Shown here: positions 26,510 through 39,533 of the stretch, piece by piece | Layout of the letters: each line of letters begins with the position of its first letter | Numbering within the stretch: position 1 is the first letter of the stretch | DNA from: Welwitschia mirabilis | Taxonomy: Eukaryota | DNA: 51,955 nucleotides | Direction of reading: 5' to 3' | Assembly: GCA_051453625.1 (NCBI GenBank) | Contig: JBOZIK010000001.1 | Location: 37,608,788-37,660,742 of the forward strand | The notes under the pieces: model-generated | Told to the model about the DNA's origin: nothing | The model's input: the letters and a program-made list of their open reading frames with translations, nothing else | Databases searched by the model: none | Position numbers and translations under genes: made by a program

Positions 26510-29500
26510 GGATGTTGAAGTTTGTAATTTGCAACTCTTACCATCATTTTATGGAACTGGTGGAAAAGATCCAATGATGCACTTATTTTTAAGAATATGA
26601 TATGCTTATTAGCTCCTACAACTACTGATAAAACTAGTATGATTTCTTTTAAAATAACCTTAAAAAATAAAGCCAATTTTTTACTATAGACTATTCAAAA
26701 TCCTATTAACTCATGGAAGGGATTAAAAAATTCCTTCATGAGAAAATTTATTTTAGATAATAACCTATATAGTCTAAGGAAAGAATTAATGAGTTTCCAG
26801 CTATCGTTTATAGTTTATGCCAAAGTAAAACTTATCATGAATTTTTAATACACCAATTTCTTCAAATATTCATACAAGGATTAGATAAATATCTAAGGAA
26901 ACATGTATAACTTGTAATATGGTAACATCTTAAACAAGACTCTTAAATAAGCATTCAAGATTTTAAAGTACTTGATTGATCAAAGTAAAAGATGGTCCAT
27001 CAAACTAATCAAATAATTACTTTAGCTTAAGAATAAACAATAATGATTAGGGAGATTGAAGATATAATGTATAAAATGGTAAATATCATGTCCATTTTAC
27101 CAACTCAACCGTCTCCTCCATCATAAACATCAGCCGCAATAATTCAAAATGTAATACCTCAACCTACCTAAATCGTTGTACCTCAAAGTTAGTTTGACTC
27201 TAATTTCATCAATATAGGGAATTCTAAGCTGTGTGTTTTTGAAAACTTCATAGTAAGTACCTAATTTAGTAAGATAAATGGTAGCATCATTCCAAGGAAA
27301 TACTTTACCTACTACTCTATCTCAAACCTAACTCCACAGGTTAGTCCCTTGAATAATCAAAGATGACAATGACAAGGATAACCCACTTGTTCACAAAGAT
27401 CATCATACCCATCTAATATGTATAGATATATAGTTCTAATGAAATCATATGGGTAATAATGGAAATTTTAGATTTAGAAAATTTTACAAATAGTAGATCA
27501 TGATTCAAGAAGTAAAATAACAAATAGATCTAATGAATGAAAAAGTGCAAAATGGAATGAATGATTATGGATTTCTTGAAAAGAAAGTGACCAAAACTAC
27601 CTTCTTAAGGAGAATGCAATTCTAAATCTTATGAGTAAGCTTAATTGATCATGGCTCATAGTAAAAAACAACAAGAGGCATCAACAAGTAGTTAACCATT
27701 TAACAAGAAGAATAAAATGTCAATAAACTCTAAAGCAAGACAAAAAGAAACACCCAAAGAGATGGTTTCTACAAAAAAATCTAAACTAGAGGATACATCT
27801 AAGGAAAAAGATTCATTCAATTCTCTTTCTATCAAAGCATTAAATAAACTAGTGCCTCAACCACCATTCCCAAAAAGATTAAAAAAGAGCCTAGCTAATG
27901 ATAAGGGCCTAAATCATATTTTTGAATAAGTGGAATTGAAAATACCTCTAAATGAGAAATTAAAAATACTCCTCTTTATTCCAAATACATTAAGAATATA
28001 TATTCAAAAAAGAAAAATGATGAAAAAGAATATTTCACATAAATGATGAAAAAGAATATTTCACATAAATATAAGGATCCCAAACCACTAACTGTTCCAC
28101 TAATCCTTAACAAGAAATGAATGCCTCATGCCTTATTAGGCTTAGAATAAATTGTAGCCATCATGCCTTCCTACTTTTGTGAAACTTTGAGTTTAACAAA
28201 ATATTCTGAAATCAACATGACTCTATCATTAACTAATGGCTCTATCACAAGCCTAAATGGAATAATTGAAAATGTGCTAGGTTAAGTTGATTAAGGAATA
28301 TGCCATGCTGATTTTCTTATTATAAATATTTAAAAAAATTCAATTATATTAAATAGATCTTGATTAGCTATAACTAATGTTATAATTCACTATCAAACTA
28401 TGTTAGTTCAATTAATCATTAAAATTTGAAAATAAACTTGAATATTTTTAATCCTTTTGAACATAAGAAACAAGGACAACATAGGAAAGAATCAAGATTT
28501 ATTAATATAGCTACCTAATCCATTCTTATTAAGGATCACCTTTAATTACTATTAGAAAATGGACATGAACATATCCTAGATTCATATGCTTAATATGAAG
28601 AAGTAAAAGAAATGAAAGAAATAATGCCATGTAAGCCTCTCAACCATTAAAATATCATAAGTCAAAAATGAATTCCAGGAGGTACTATAACTTAAATAAT
28701 TACCATCTAATCTAAAATATATCTTCTTAGATACTAAAACAATCAAATCACTACTAATTATCAACAAAGAATTAGGCATTGAATAGGAGAAAGAATTGAT
28801 TTAAATGATTAAGAAAAATAAGGAGGATTTTGCCTAGTTACATAAGGATCTTCAGAAGGGAATTCATCATCCTTGATGATGCATAAATCTTCTTAGAATA
28901 AACGTGAAACTGGTCAGGAAACCTCCTTAGTAGTTGAACCCTACATTATGGAAAGTGGTTAAGGAAGAAGTCCATAAATTATGAAAATAAGGTATAACAT
29001 ATCCTATTATAGATAGTAAATGAATAAGTCTAATTATAGTTGTACCATATAAAAATGGTAAATTATGGGTCTTCATTAACTTTAGAAAACTAAATGAATG
29101 AATAAAAAAGAACTATTTTCCTATACCTTATGTTAACTAGATTCTAGAAAACTATTAGGATATGAACATTATTCTTTTTTAGATGGGTTTATTGATTATA
29201 ATTAGATTTTCATAGCACATAAAGATCAATACAAAATAATCATTACTTCATCTTTTAAAACATATTCGTATTGAAAAATGATTTTAGATTATGTAGTGCA
29301 CCTACTACCTTCCAACGAGCTATGATGTCTATCTTTTCTAATATGTTGAAATAATTTGTTGAAATATTTATGGATGATTTTTCAAGTACCATGATTCAGT
29401 TGATCAAACATTAGAATTTCTTCATAAATTTTTATCATAATGCATAAAAAAAGATTTGAAATTAAGATGAAAAAAAGTCATTTCATGATAAGGAGTGTAA

Positions 29501-30136
29501 TTATGTTAGGTCACATTATTTTATAAATGAAAATAACTATGGATATAAATAAAATTCAAGTAATCATACCTTTACCAAACTTAACTTATCTTAATGCATT
29601 AAAAGGATTTTTAGGACATGCTAGGTATTATTAGTGATTCATTAAGGAATTTTTAAAAGTTGAAAAGACCTTATTTGAGCTATTAGTAAAGGATAAATAT
29701 TTTATATGAAATGAGGGTTTTGGGAGAAAAATTCATATGTACATGTATTATTCATACATCCAATTGTCAATATCCTTTTAATCTTATGTCTGATACTAAT
29801 AATACTATAATTGGTATCATCTTTGATTAAGATATTGATTATAAATTACATGTCATATATTAAATTTCTAAAAATTTAAATCTAGATCAATGTAATTACC
29901 TTAGAAATAGAAAAGAATTATTGGCAATTGTAAAAATGCTTGATAATTTCAAACATTACCTTATAAATTTCAAAACATGAGTCTACATGGATTATTTAGC
30001 ATCAAATTTATTGCAACTAAACAAATTGATGATACTCATATTATGCTTTGGTGCCTACTTATATAAGAATTCAATTTAGATATTTCAAATAAGTGAGGAT
30101 ATGATAACATTATAGTTGATCATCTTCCATGCTGAG
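26510..30136 (+). pseudogene. Degenerate Athila-like gag-protease-RT-RNase H
   Basis: gag LLPSFYGTGGKDPMMHL (~26530); PQPPFPKRL (~27855); protease YKDPKPLTVP (~28070); RT LNPTLWKVVKEEVHKL..GITYPIIDSK*ISLIIVVP..NFRKLN..YSFLDGF..APTTFQRAMMSIFS..VEIFMDDF (28930-29381); RNase H LMSDT..EKELLAIV..EFNLDI..IVDHL (29780-30130). Many stops and frameshifts. Confidence 0.92.
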
Positions 30137-33100
30137 TGTTGGATCTAAAAGATCTGAAACATGCACACAGGGCTACAAGTAGATCTCACAAGGAGTAATG
30201 GATTTTCATCTTTAAATCATCTCATTTATTTCATTAGCATTAAGGGATTTAAATACCTTATTTTATAATAGAAAATAGGAAATATGGGGTAGCAAGAGAG
30301 GAAAATAAGAAAGTAATGTAATAACCATTTCAATATGGGGATGATGGAGTTACTAGAAAAATAAATAAGAATAGGGATTTTGAATAGTAAGTTAATAATA
30401 AAGAATAAATTCAAAAAACTACCTCTTGAAGATAAATCTAAGAATTAGATTATCATCACATTCAAAGTGCTAGAAAATGCCTCTAACATAGCTATTAATA
30501 TAGAAATTTCCTCTTAAAAACTCTTTAAAGTCCATCATAAAGAACTCAAAGAGATCATTACATATGGAACTCAAATGAGTTCACCACATAAAACTACATA
30601 TAAAAATTAATAAAGTTCACCATGTAAAAAAGATAATTTATCAACAAATTTATACATAAAGTAAAATGGAATAAGAGATGTTCTATACCACTATGTATTT
30701 GCATCATCTTTCATATGTAAATCATAAGAACAAAATCTCATTTAAAAATTAGAGGCATATTCTTTCACTCTGGGTCATTTCTAATCTTTTAAACTTTTCA
30801 ACCATAAAAAGAACTTAAACACTCATGGCTTTGATATCCTCCATAGCATATCATTAATTTGGATTTTACTAACTAGGCTTTGATTTTAAGTAGATAACTA
30901 CAAATCTTTGAAAACTAAATATTTTAAGTTCCTTTAAGAGTACATCATTCATTAACCTCTCAGAAATGAGAAATAGAAGCATAAATGCAATGAATAGAAA
31001 ACCTCATGTTCATTCTTGATGGAGCAAAAATTTACATTAAATATAATATATTTTATGCATAGCTATAGGTTGTAGACATCAAAATTAATATTTATTTTAT
31101 GAAAATAATTACAATTGTGTTTGATAATTATGTGCTAGATTATATTAGCAATTATACTATCATAGGAAAATATATTATAAATAAATTTATTATTAGCAAT
31201 TTAATGTTTATTATGTTTATATTTCTTTGTAGAAACTCATATAGTAAACTTACAGGATGATGACAAGTACCATAATAACTATTAATGGAGAACAATATGG
31301 TAAAAAGAAAGGAAAATGACTCTATTACATGCAAATGACACATGGGAAATGGAGGGAAAATCTATTTAAATTTCATTAAATTCATACATAATAAGTGGTA
31401 GTGTGCCCTCTTAAATAAAAAAGCTATAATTCACTCTTATACAATCTTCCTCCTTATAACTACCCAAGAACTAGTATAAATACAGCCTATAGATGCCATT
31501 ATTATGATCTTTTGGCACGTTTTGCATAACATCTAAGAATGGTAGCAAGCCATAGGATAAATCTTAGAGAACTCTTCTTCATTTCAGTTGTGACTTGCAA
31601 AGTAATCACTATTTATATTAGTTTATTTATCATAATATAAGCATTTAATTTTTAAAAAGAATTATGTTTATGTTATGATTTCATTATAGCATTTATTTCA
31701 TATTGCAAAACTAGAAAGTTTCTTTGAAATTCTATTTTACTTCTCTTACATGTTAAAAAGTACTATAAATTCTTATATTCTTAAAAAAATAATGTTATAT
31801 TCTCTCTTACTCCTATATCTATTACTAGTAGGTATTAGGATATAAAAGTTCTTAGAAATAAGTGCTTTATAGCATTATTTTACCACTATTCTTCTGTGGA
31901 TGACTTGTAATCTTATATTTTATGATAATATTTAGCTAGTAAAACTAATAAAGTACCATATTGTTCTAAGAACTAAACTTGAAAAGTATTGTAGAAGTAC
32001 TAGTTTCTAAAAAAAGGACATTTTAGTGATCTAAATAATAAAACTAAATAAATATTTCATTCTTCAAAGTGATCCCAGGTTCTTCAAGGCCTCCACTTAA
32101 ATAAAATAATTTTATGATGAATTTATGAGATTAAGATTACAATAACACATAATATTAAGATTACAATAACACATAATATTCCTTGCTTTTATCTATTTAT
32201 GCTATATAAGCTAATAAATAGTCTTAATATCAAATACCATCAATTGTCTTCCACATGGCGAATCATGACACAGCTGAAACACATTTCACACAGTGCACAT
32301 TGCAGTATCATGCATCCTATTATGACTATAATCTCATATCCCATAGGGGATAGAAACATGAATAGTGCTAGCCAGGCACTTACACATCAAATATTATAAC
32401 TATAATAATTTGGAGATATACCAAATTTCTTAGCCTTATTAAAGAAATCTAGGCCATAGGGTTTTGAGAGTAGACTAGAGAAGAAATGAAATATTTAAAA
32501 GATCTAACAAATGAAGAAAATTCCTATGAAGGATGCAAGATTATATATTTAAAACTTTGTGATGATGTTGTAGAAAAAATGAAAGCAAAGACAAAATGAA
32601 AACAAGCATAAAGATCATAGAAATTTACTGGAAATATGTTTATAGAACCTTATGGGAAAGAATCCACTAAAAATTAAAGCATTTCTAAATGAATATGTGA
32701 TCCTGAAAATCTCCTTTGGTGTTTGCAAAAATCCCATAAAGTTTTGATTCGTAGAAAGCATGGTTGACATCGTTTTTCCCTTTGTGCCTTATATGATGGG
32801 CACAAGCAAACCTTTGACAACATCTGTCTCTCCATCTCCAAGAGTTACTCCTAAAGTGCTCCATAGATTTAATAATCTATCTCTCACTTCTACAACTATA
32901 AATGGATATTCCTCCAAGAATTTGTTCATTCTCTTATATAGTAGTGCATGTATTATTATGTCTTATCTAATTTCCATAATTAGAAGCCCTACCAATAAGA
33001 CCAACATATAGCATGACATAAATCATGAGAAGATAATAAATAGAGCTCATATAAGAATTGAATGGAGAATTTAATATCATATTGAATGTCATGTTTATAA

Positions 33101-33720
33101 TCTTCATGATGTTTCCTCATGGAGATTCAACTACAACCTTGGAAATCTAGGCAACATGCTTTTTATTACTCTAATACAAGCTCAAGGATATTTTGGTAGA
33201 TCATCATGCCAAGCATCACTTATGATCCTTTTAGTAGAGGATCATTTTTTTTCAAGCTAATATGTTAATTCATCTAGCTTAAATTAAAGAAATACCTAGA
33301 GAAAAAAGCTCTGTTTCTAGTGACTTCAAATTTAATGTATTGTCTTGGAAAAGCTCAAAGATAAAGCACTGCAAACATTGTAGAGGCAAAGAGTCCCAAA
33401 GACATTTGCTCAGTCTCCTAGGTTTGGCTCTAATACCATTTGCTAGATATGAGAGATCCACAACATACACATATGGTTACAGGTAGAGCCCACAGGGAAT
33501 ATTGTATTTATATTTTTAAATCAGTTGATTCATTTCATTAGCATTAAGGGGTTTAAATACCCTCATGTTATAATATAAAATAGAAAATTTAGGGTGTTGG
33601 TAGAGGAAAAGTAGGAAGTGATTATAATAACCACTTAAGTATGGGGATGAATAAGTTACTAGGAAAATAAATAGGAATAGGAATTTGACTAGTAAGTTAG
33701 TGAGAAATAATATGCTGACA
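30137..33720 (-). mobile_element. Non-autonomous LTR element (~3.6 kb, ~280-bp LTRs, tRNA-iMet PBS) nested in the Athila-like pol
   Basis: Direct repeats 30137-~30415 and 33441-33720 share ATTTCATTAGCATTAAGGG.TTTAAATACC and ATGGGGATGA...AGTTACTAG. Minus-strand PBS TGGTATTAGAGC at 33427-33438. PPT-like AAGAGGTAG next to the left LTR. Host pol resumes in register at 33721. TSD is weak (CTGAG/CTTGG). Confidence 0.8.
33427..33438 (-). promoter_or_regulatory. Primer-binding site complementary to initiator tRNA-Met
   Basis: TGGTATTAGAGC versus canonical TGGTATCAGAGC, 2 nt from the LTR end. Confidence 0.8.
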
Positions 33721-35070
33721 CTTGGAATTACCCTAAAGATATCAAACTAAGGATACATTTGATGATAGGTTTCTTAATAAAAAATTATCTACAATAGATC
33801 CTAAACATTGAAATTAAGATCCTTGATATGTAGATATTGCAAATATCTATTTATCCTTTAAGTACCACAATCTTCATCAAGTGAGATAAGCATTTATTTC
33901 ATAAAATACTTAAGAGCTACATTTGATAAAACCCATTTTTATATCATATTTCCAAATATGTGATTACCTGCTGATGTATTCTAGAATGGAAACAAACTAA
34001 AATTTTACAAATTTATCATGATAGTAGTTTGGAGGTTATTTCAATGGAGAGAATACCACTGAAAAGACCTTACAAAGTGGATTTTATTGGTTAACTTTAT
34101 TTTAATACTCTTGGAAACATGGCTGAAATTGTAATTATTATCAATGAATAAGAGGATTATCAAAGAAGGACAAGATATTTATGGATCTAATTTTAAAATG
34201 TAAATAGTTTAATATTTTGGGAATTGACTTAGCTAGACCATTTCCAAATCACATGTTTATTAATACATTATTATTTGTATAGATTATGTTAAAAAATGAA
34301 TGAAAGCTAAAGAAATTAAAGCTAGCAATGTTAAAATAGTTATTGAGATTTTTATAGAACAAATTTTTCCTTATTTAGACATTCATGAGCTCTTATTAGT
34401 AATCAAGGGACATATTTCATTAACTGGACCATGAAAAAGTTCACAAAGTTAGTAGGAATCCTATATAAAATCACAAACCAATGGCCATCTAGAAAATGAT
34501 AACAAATAAATTAAGAAAATATTAGTTAACATAGTTAATTCTAGTAATAACTAATGAAATAAATTAAATAATGCATTATGAGCATATATAATGATATGAA
34601 GGACCTCTTTAAATTTTACACTTTACTAATTAGTTTATGGAAAGCAATGCTTATTCCTTATGGAAATCAATACAAGTCTTAGATATTAATACACAAGTTA
34701 AATCTAAATAATTAAAAATATATATTATAAAGAAATCCTTATAACTTTAACAATTAGATGAGATAAAATTCCATGTAGTAAATAGTTAATGGATTTTAAA
34801 GAAGCAACTAAAGTATCACCACCATAAGAAAATTTGATGAAATAATTTCAAAGCAAGTGATAAAGTTTTATTATACAATGTTAGATTACATAATTTTTTA
34901 TAAAACTAGTCACCAAGTGGGAAGAACCCTTTCAAGTTGTTAAAGTAAATTAAAATGAAAGTGTACTAATTAAAAACTTAATAAATGATGATCAATTCCT
35001 TGTAGGTGAATAATGGTTAAAAATATATCATGAGGACAAGCTATAAGATCTTTATTTGATTCTTCAATAA
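33721..35070 (+). pseudogene. Degenerate Athila-like integrase (continuation of 26510-30136)
   Basis: DP*YVDIAN, KTLQSGFYWLTLF, LGIDLARPFP, IICIDYVKK*MKAK, ISNQGTYFIN, LVYGKQCLFLME, KWEEPFQVVKV...WLKIYH match the Athila integrase consensus. Confidence 0.9.
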
Positions 35071-38000
35071 TCTTATGAGCCTAGTGATAGAACTATTACA
35101 TCTAAATTCATTCCATTATAAATATTTCATCTTACTTTCACCATTGTTTGAATTGTATTTTTATTAAAATAAGTATTCTAAACATTGTTTTGTTGTCCTT
35201 ATTAGTTAGATAAGAATAAGTTAAATTTGCATTTTTATTTTCATGTTTGATGTCTAGTGTGAGTGATGTCACCTTGAATAAAAACTCTTATGAAATTTTG
35301 CACTACCATATTTACTTATTTTTAATCATGACTTTAGCATTGATGCATATCACACTCAAGCATAACCTAATCAGTTAGTATTTTGCCTTATATTTTTTAC
35401 CATCTCTCAATTGTTTTATGTACTCAATATCACATGGAAAGGAACCCTCTACATTATATTATTTCTATTTTAGAAAAAAAAAGGAGAAGAAGAAAAAGAT
35501 GTAAAACAAAATCACAATGTTCTATACAAGTACATGAGGGCAAATATTCCCACGAGTGGCCTTTTTCACTATAACATGGTAGTCCTAAGAACTTCATTAT
35601 GGGATCAATTAACCATGATCTAGCATTGTCTTATGAATCTGTACTCCTCTAATATTGATTGCATTCTCCTTGTTGTGATCTATGTTAGCTATTATAAAAA
35701 CTTAAAAAAATAAAAAGGTGGGGAAGAGGGGTTGGTTGCATTATGCTTCATAGCTCACAATTAAAAACTAAACTTTGAAAACTTTGGTAAAATTTTGATG
35801 GCTATTAATGTAAACTGAGATGCATATGTGAGAAGGGGATAGCCCAATTATTCTATTATGCTTGTAAAATAGTATGAAGATTTATCATAATCACCTACCT
35901 GATTAAGTAGATGTGTTTACCATGAATTATCTTGATCAACATTAAAAAAGTGATTAATAGAAGTAATTACACTTTTACTTAATGATATGCATTTAATGGT
36001 TTATTTATTAGCATTACATTATCAAATTATTCTAATAGTAAATTGGTGAATAGGGAGTAAATTAATAATTATTTTACTTCATTACAAGATATTATTTCCT
36101 ATTCTTTTATCTTTCCACCTATTCTTTATTAGTTCATTCTTTTCATCCCAATATATTATCCTATGTACTTTTGGTAGTTCTAGCTTTTTTTTTTTTTTTT
36201 GTTAGGAAACAAGAATGGTGTGTACGAGCCTTAACATTTTCATCATAAAACTCATACAACCATTTTACAAATAATTGTAGTCTTCTAGAAAGAGGGCTAA
36301 TTAACTTCTATTTTTATTTGAATTGAGTTTTCATGAATATTAAATGTAAATGCTTCCTCTTTACTAAGGTGAGATTAACTACATCCTAGTATCTATTTGA
36401 AATTATCAAGATGAATACTCCTTCCATTAATGATTCTAGAAGATCTACTCTTCACATTAATAATATTTATGACTAAATATAAGAGTCTTATCTTCATAAC
36501 AAGGGTATGCCATAAATGAAGAAGAATGATTTACCTTGAAAATTTCTTCATAATCAGTTTCATTATTCGATAGGTGCTTTCAAAAGTAAATGTCAAACAA
36601 ACTAGACGAGATTAAATAAAAATAATGACAAATAACCATAATAATAACCTAGCTTTGGATTGTTTATAGGAACTAAATGTAAATCAATCACATGCACTCA
36701 AAAGTATATGTGCATTCTTTTTCTTCTACAAATCTACTTTTGTCTTTGAGTGTGATTAGAGCACCAGCATATATGCTTATAATGGTAACTCATATTTATG
36801 ACCTCGAGGAAGATGAATTATCTATTCTTTTAGTCTATATAACTACGATTAGAGGAGTATGAACTTTAGCTAATGTTTAGTAATATTAGAGAAAACTTCT
36901 AAGAGATCTAAATGGGGTTATAAACCTAGAATTTTCTTAGTTGAAATACAAAATAGAGTAATTAATACCTTAAACTGAACATCCATGTAGTTTCTATGAT
37001 GATAGACCAAAGAAAAAATCTCATCATCAAATTAATTATTGTGCATGCTGTTACTCATCTTGATCTAAGAAACAGAATCAAGGGGGCACATAAAAACTAA
37101 ATAGCATCACCTTCCTAAAATTGTATACAAAGTATAAGTGTGAATGGCTTAATAATTAAGAAATGAAAAAAATTTAAAAATTAAAAAAATAAAAAAAAGA
37201 AAAACATGATTTAGAAAATTTGTTACTACTCAATTATAACAAAGTAATAGTTAATGATACTTTATAAAAACATGAAATAAATAACAACAACATTAATAAG
37301 ATGTTGATATGCTATTGATGTGTAATAGAAATGATACTAATATCAAAAAATAAAGAAAATAGAATTACAGTAATATTCCTCTACCATATCCTTATTGTAC
37401 TACTAGAACATGTGATTAATGCAACACCATCATCTAGTAAGAACACTATAACAAAATTGATTTTATTATGTCTTTTATTGCATATTTGTGATAATTTATC
37501 TTGACAAACAAGTATTTGGTACTTAACTGATAGTTATTGTCGTCCATTTCTCTATGATAACTATAGCTAAATTCAAAATATAAGTCTATAGCTATTGTAA
37601 ATAAATGGTGCAAAGATAAAATAAGAAATAACATTAAGATCCCTAACCTATAAGTAGTCATGTTATGTCATATCTGATAACTGGAATAAGAACTACTTAA
37701 AAATTTATTACAATCCTATTGCATTATGATAGCTGTGTTTCATTAAAAAAATTATAAAAACCAAGATCAAGTGAAATTACATTTTAACCCAAATTATCAA
37801 TGTCACACTTCTGCTACCCTATAAGAAATTGATTTTTACATTGAAAATCACCATCCTCATCTCAAAAACAAAATATCATAATCATCTACATCTCAATTGA
37901 ATCATTATCTAATACTTTTTATAGAAAAAATGTATTTTTATTTTTAGGAAATTTAAATCAAGGGCTCAATTATGTATTTTCCAAAATTTTTTAAAGATTT

Positions 38001-39533
38001 CATTTTGTCCTTCCTAATTTGGAAAGAAACAATGATTATTTAAGCTAAAGATTAAGACTATAAGAGCACAACAAATTGGAGCTATAGTATTTACAATTAT
38101 TTTTGTTGAATTGACCTCTTTAAGTTTATTTAGTATAAATTTCTATTAATATATACTTTTACTTATTGATATGAAGGGCTATGATAATAATTTCTTGTGT
38201 TTTTAAGGTTAAACATCCTAGTTAAAGATTAAGAAGGAGTAATACGACACAAGTTTCTACTCTTGTGTAATAAGCATAACATGCATCTCCTCCTATTACT
38301 CAATCCACCTCTCTAGTGTAGAAAATCTCTCTTAAGCTACAGTAGATAGAAGAAGATGTTTCTAAAAGGCCACTATCATTCTAGAATAATACTATGGCAG
38401 TTGATTATAAATGGTCTTAGAAGGCTTGATTCAAAATATGATTCACTGCATCTTGGTATGACTTGTATACCTCTTTTATAAGGAATACTATCCTAAGCCA
38501 AATTAAAAAAATTTATAGGATAATGATTATGCACTATGGTATGAAAGTATCACAGAGGATCCCAACCAATTGGAATGCAAGATAATTATCAGATCCATGT
38601 TGGAACAAATGGAAATTGAGATTACTAAGCAATTCTTACATGATAGATTTTACATTCTTAATAAGAAAACTAGAATACACATTGATCAAAGCACTAGGAA
38701 CTAGAATATTGATTTTTTTTTTAGAATTGACACTAGAAGAAATGAACCCTAAGGTGGCATCATTATCTTTTAAAAAAGGGCTCTCAACTTAGGTCTTAGC
38801 TCCTATTAGTCATGTGTAATCTAGTTTAATTACCTTTAATATTCATTACATAATCCACATAGATAATTTAATGATATTTCATGTAGGCTACTACTTGTAA
38901 TGCAATAAGTAGAGCCTTATAATCTAGTTTATTTTCTTTTGAAGTTTATGAAATATGCCATCTAGCCACCCATTATGATATTATTTCCCTTCTTAAATTG
39001 ATGTTATCTCATGAATAATAAATGTTTTTATGCCTTCGTGGGAATCTCTAATACATATAACTATCTTTATGACCAATGATCTTTCGAAACTTCACCTAAT
39101 AGAGAGAGAAAGAATATAATATTTAAAGAAATCATACATAGCACAAATAATGCCTGTTATGATGGTATCACTTACAAAATGATTTGGCCTTTTAAGGGAG
39201 GATCTTTAAAGCATAGAGTACTAAGTATCAGATCAGATGTAAACTCTAGAATTCAAACTTATTAACCTCACCAAAGAATTGAGGAAAATTAAAATGCATT
39301 TGGAACTTGAAGTTAGCAGAGCCACTAGTCCATCTTGTCATTCTGAAGAAGATGATTCTTAAGAAATGGAAATGTAAGTTTAACCATTATACTATAAGTA
39401 ATAAAATCCACTATACTAAAATTTAATGAAAATAATATGATTTCTGTATCTAATGTGTCTTATGTCACATTTTTCTTTATACATTTTATTTTGCTAAGTG
39501 ATGAAGAAACCATTATAGTTTCAAACGTAGCTA

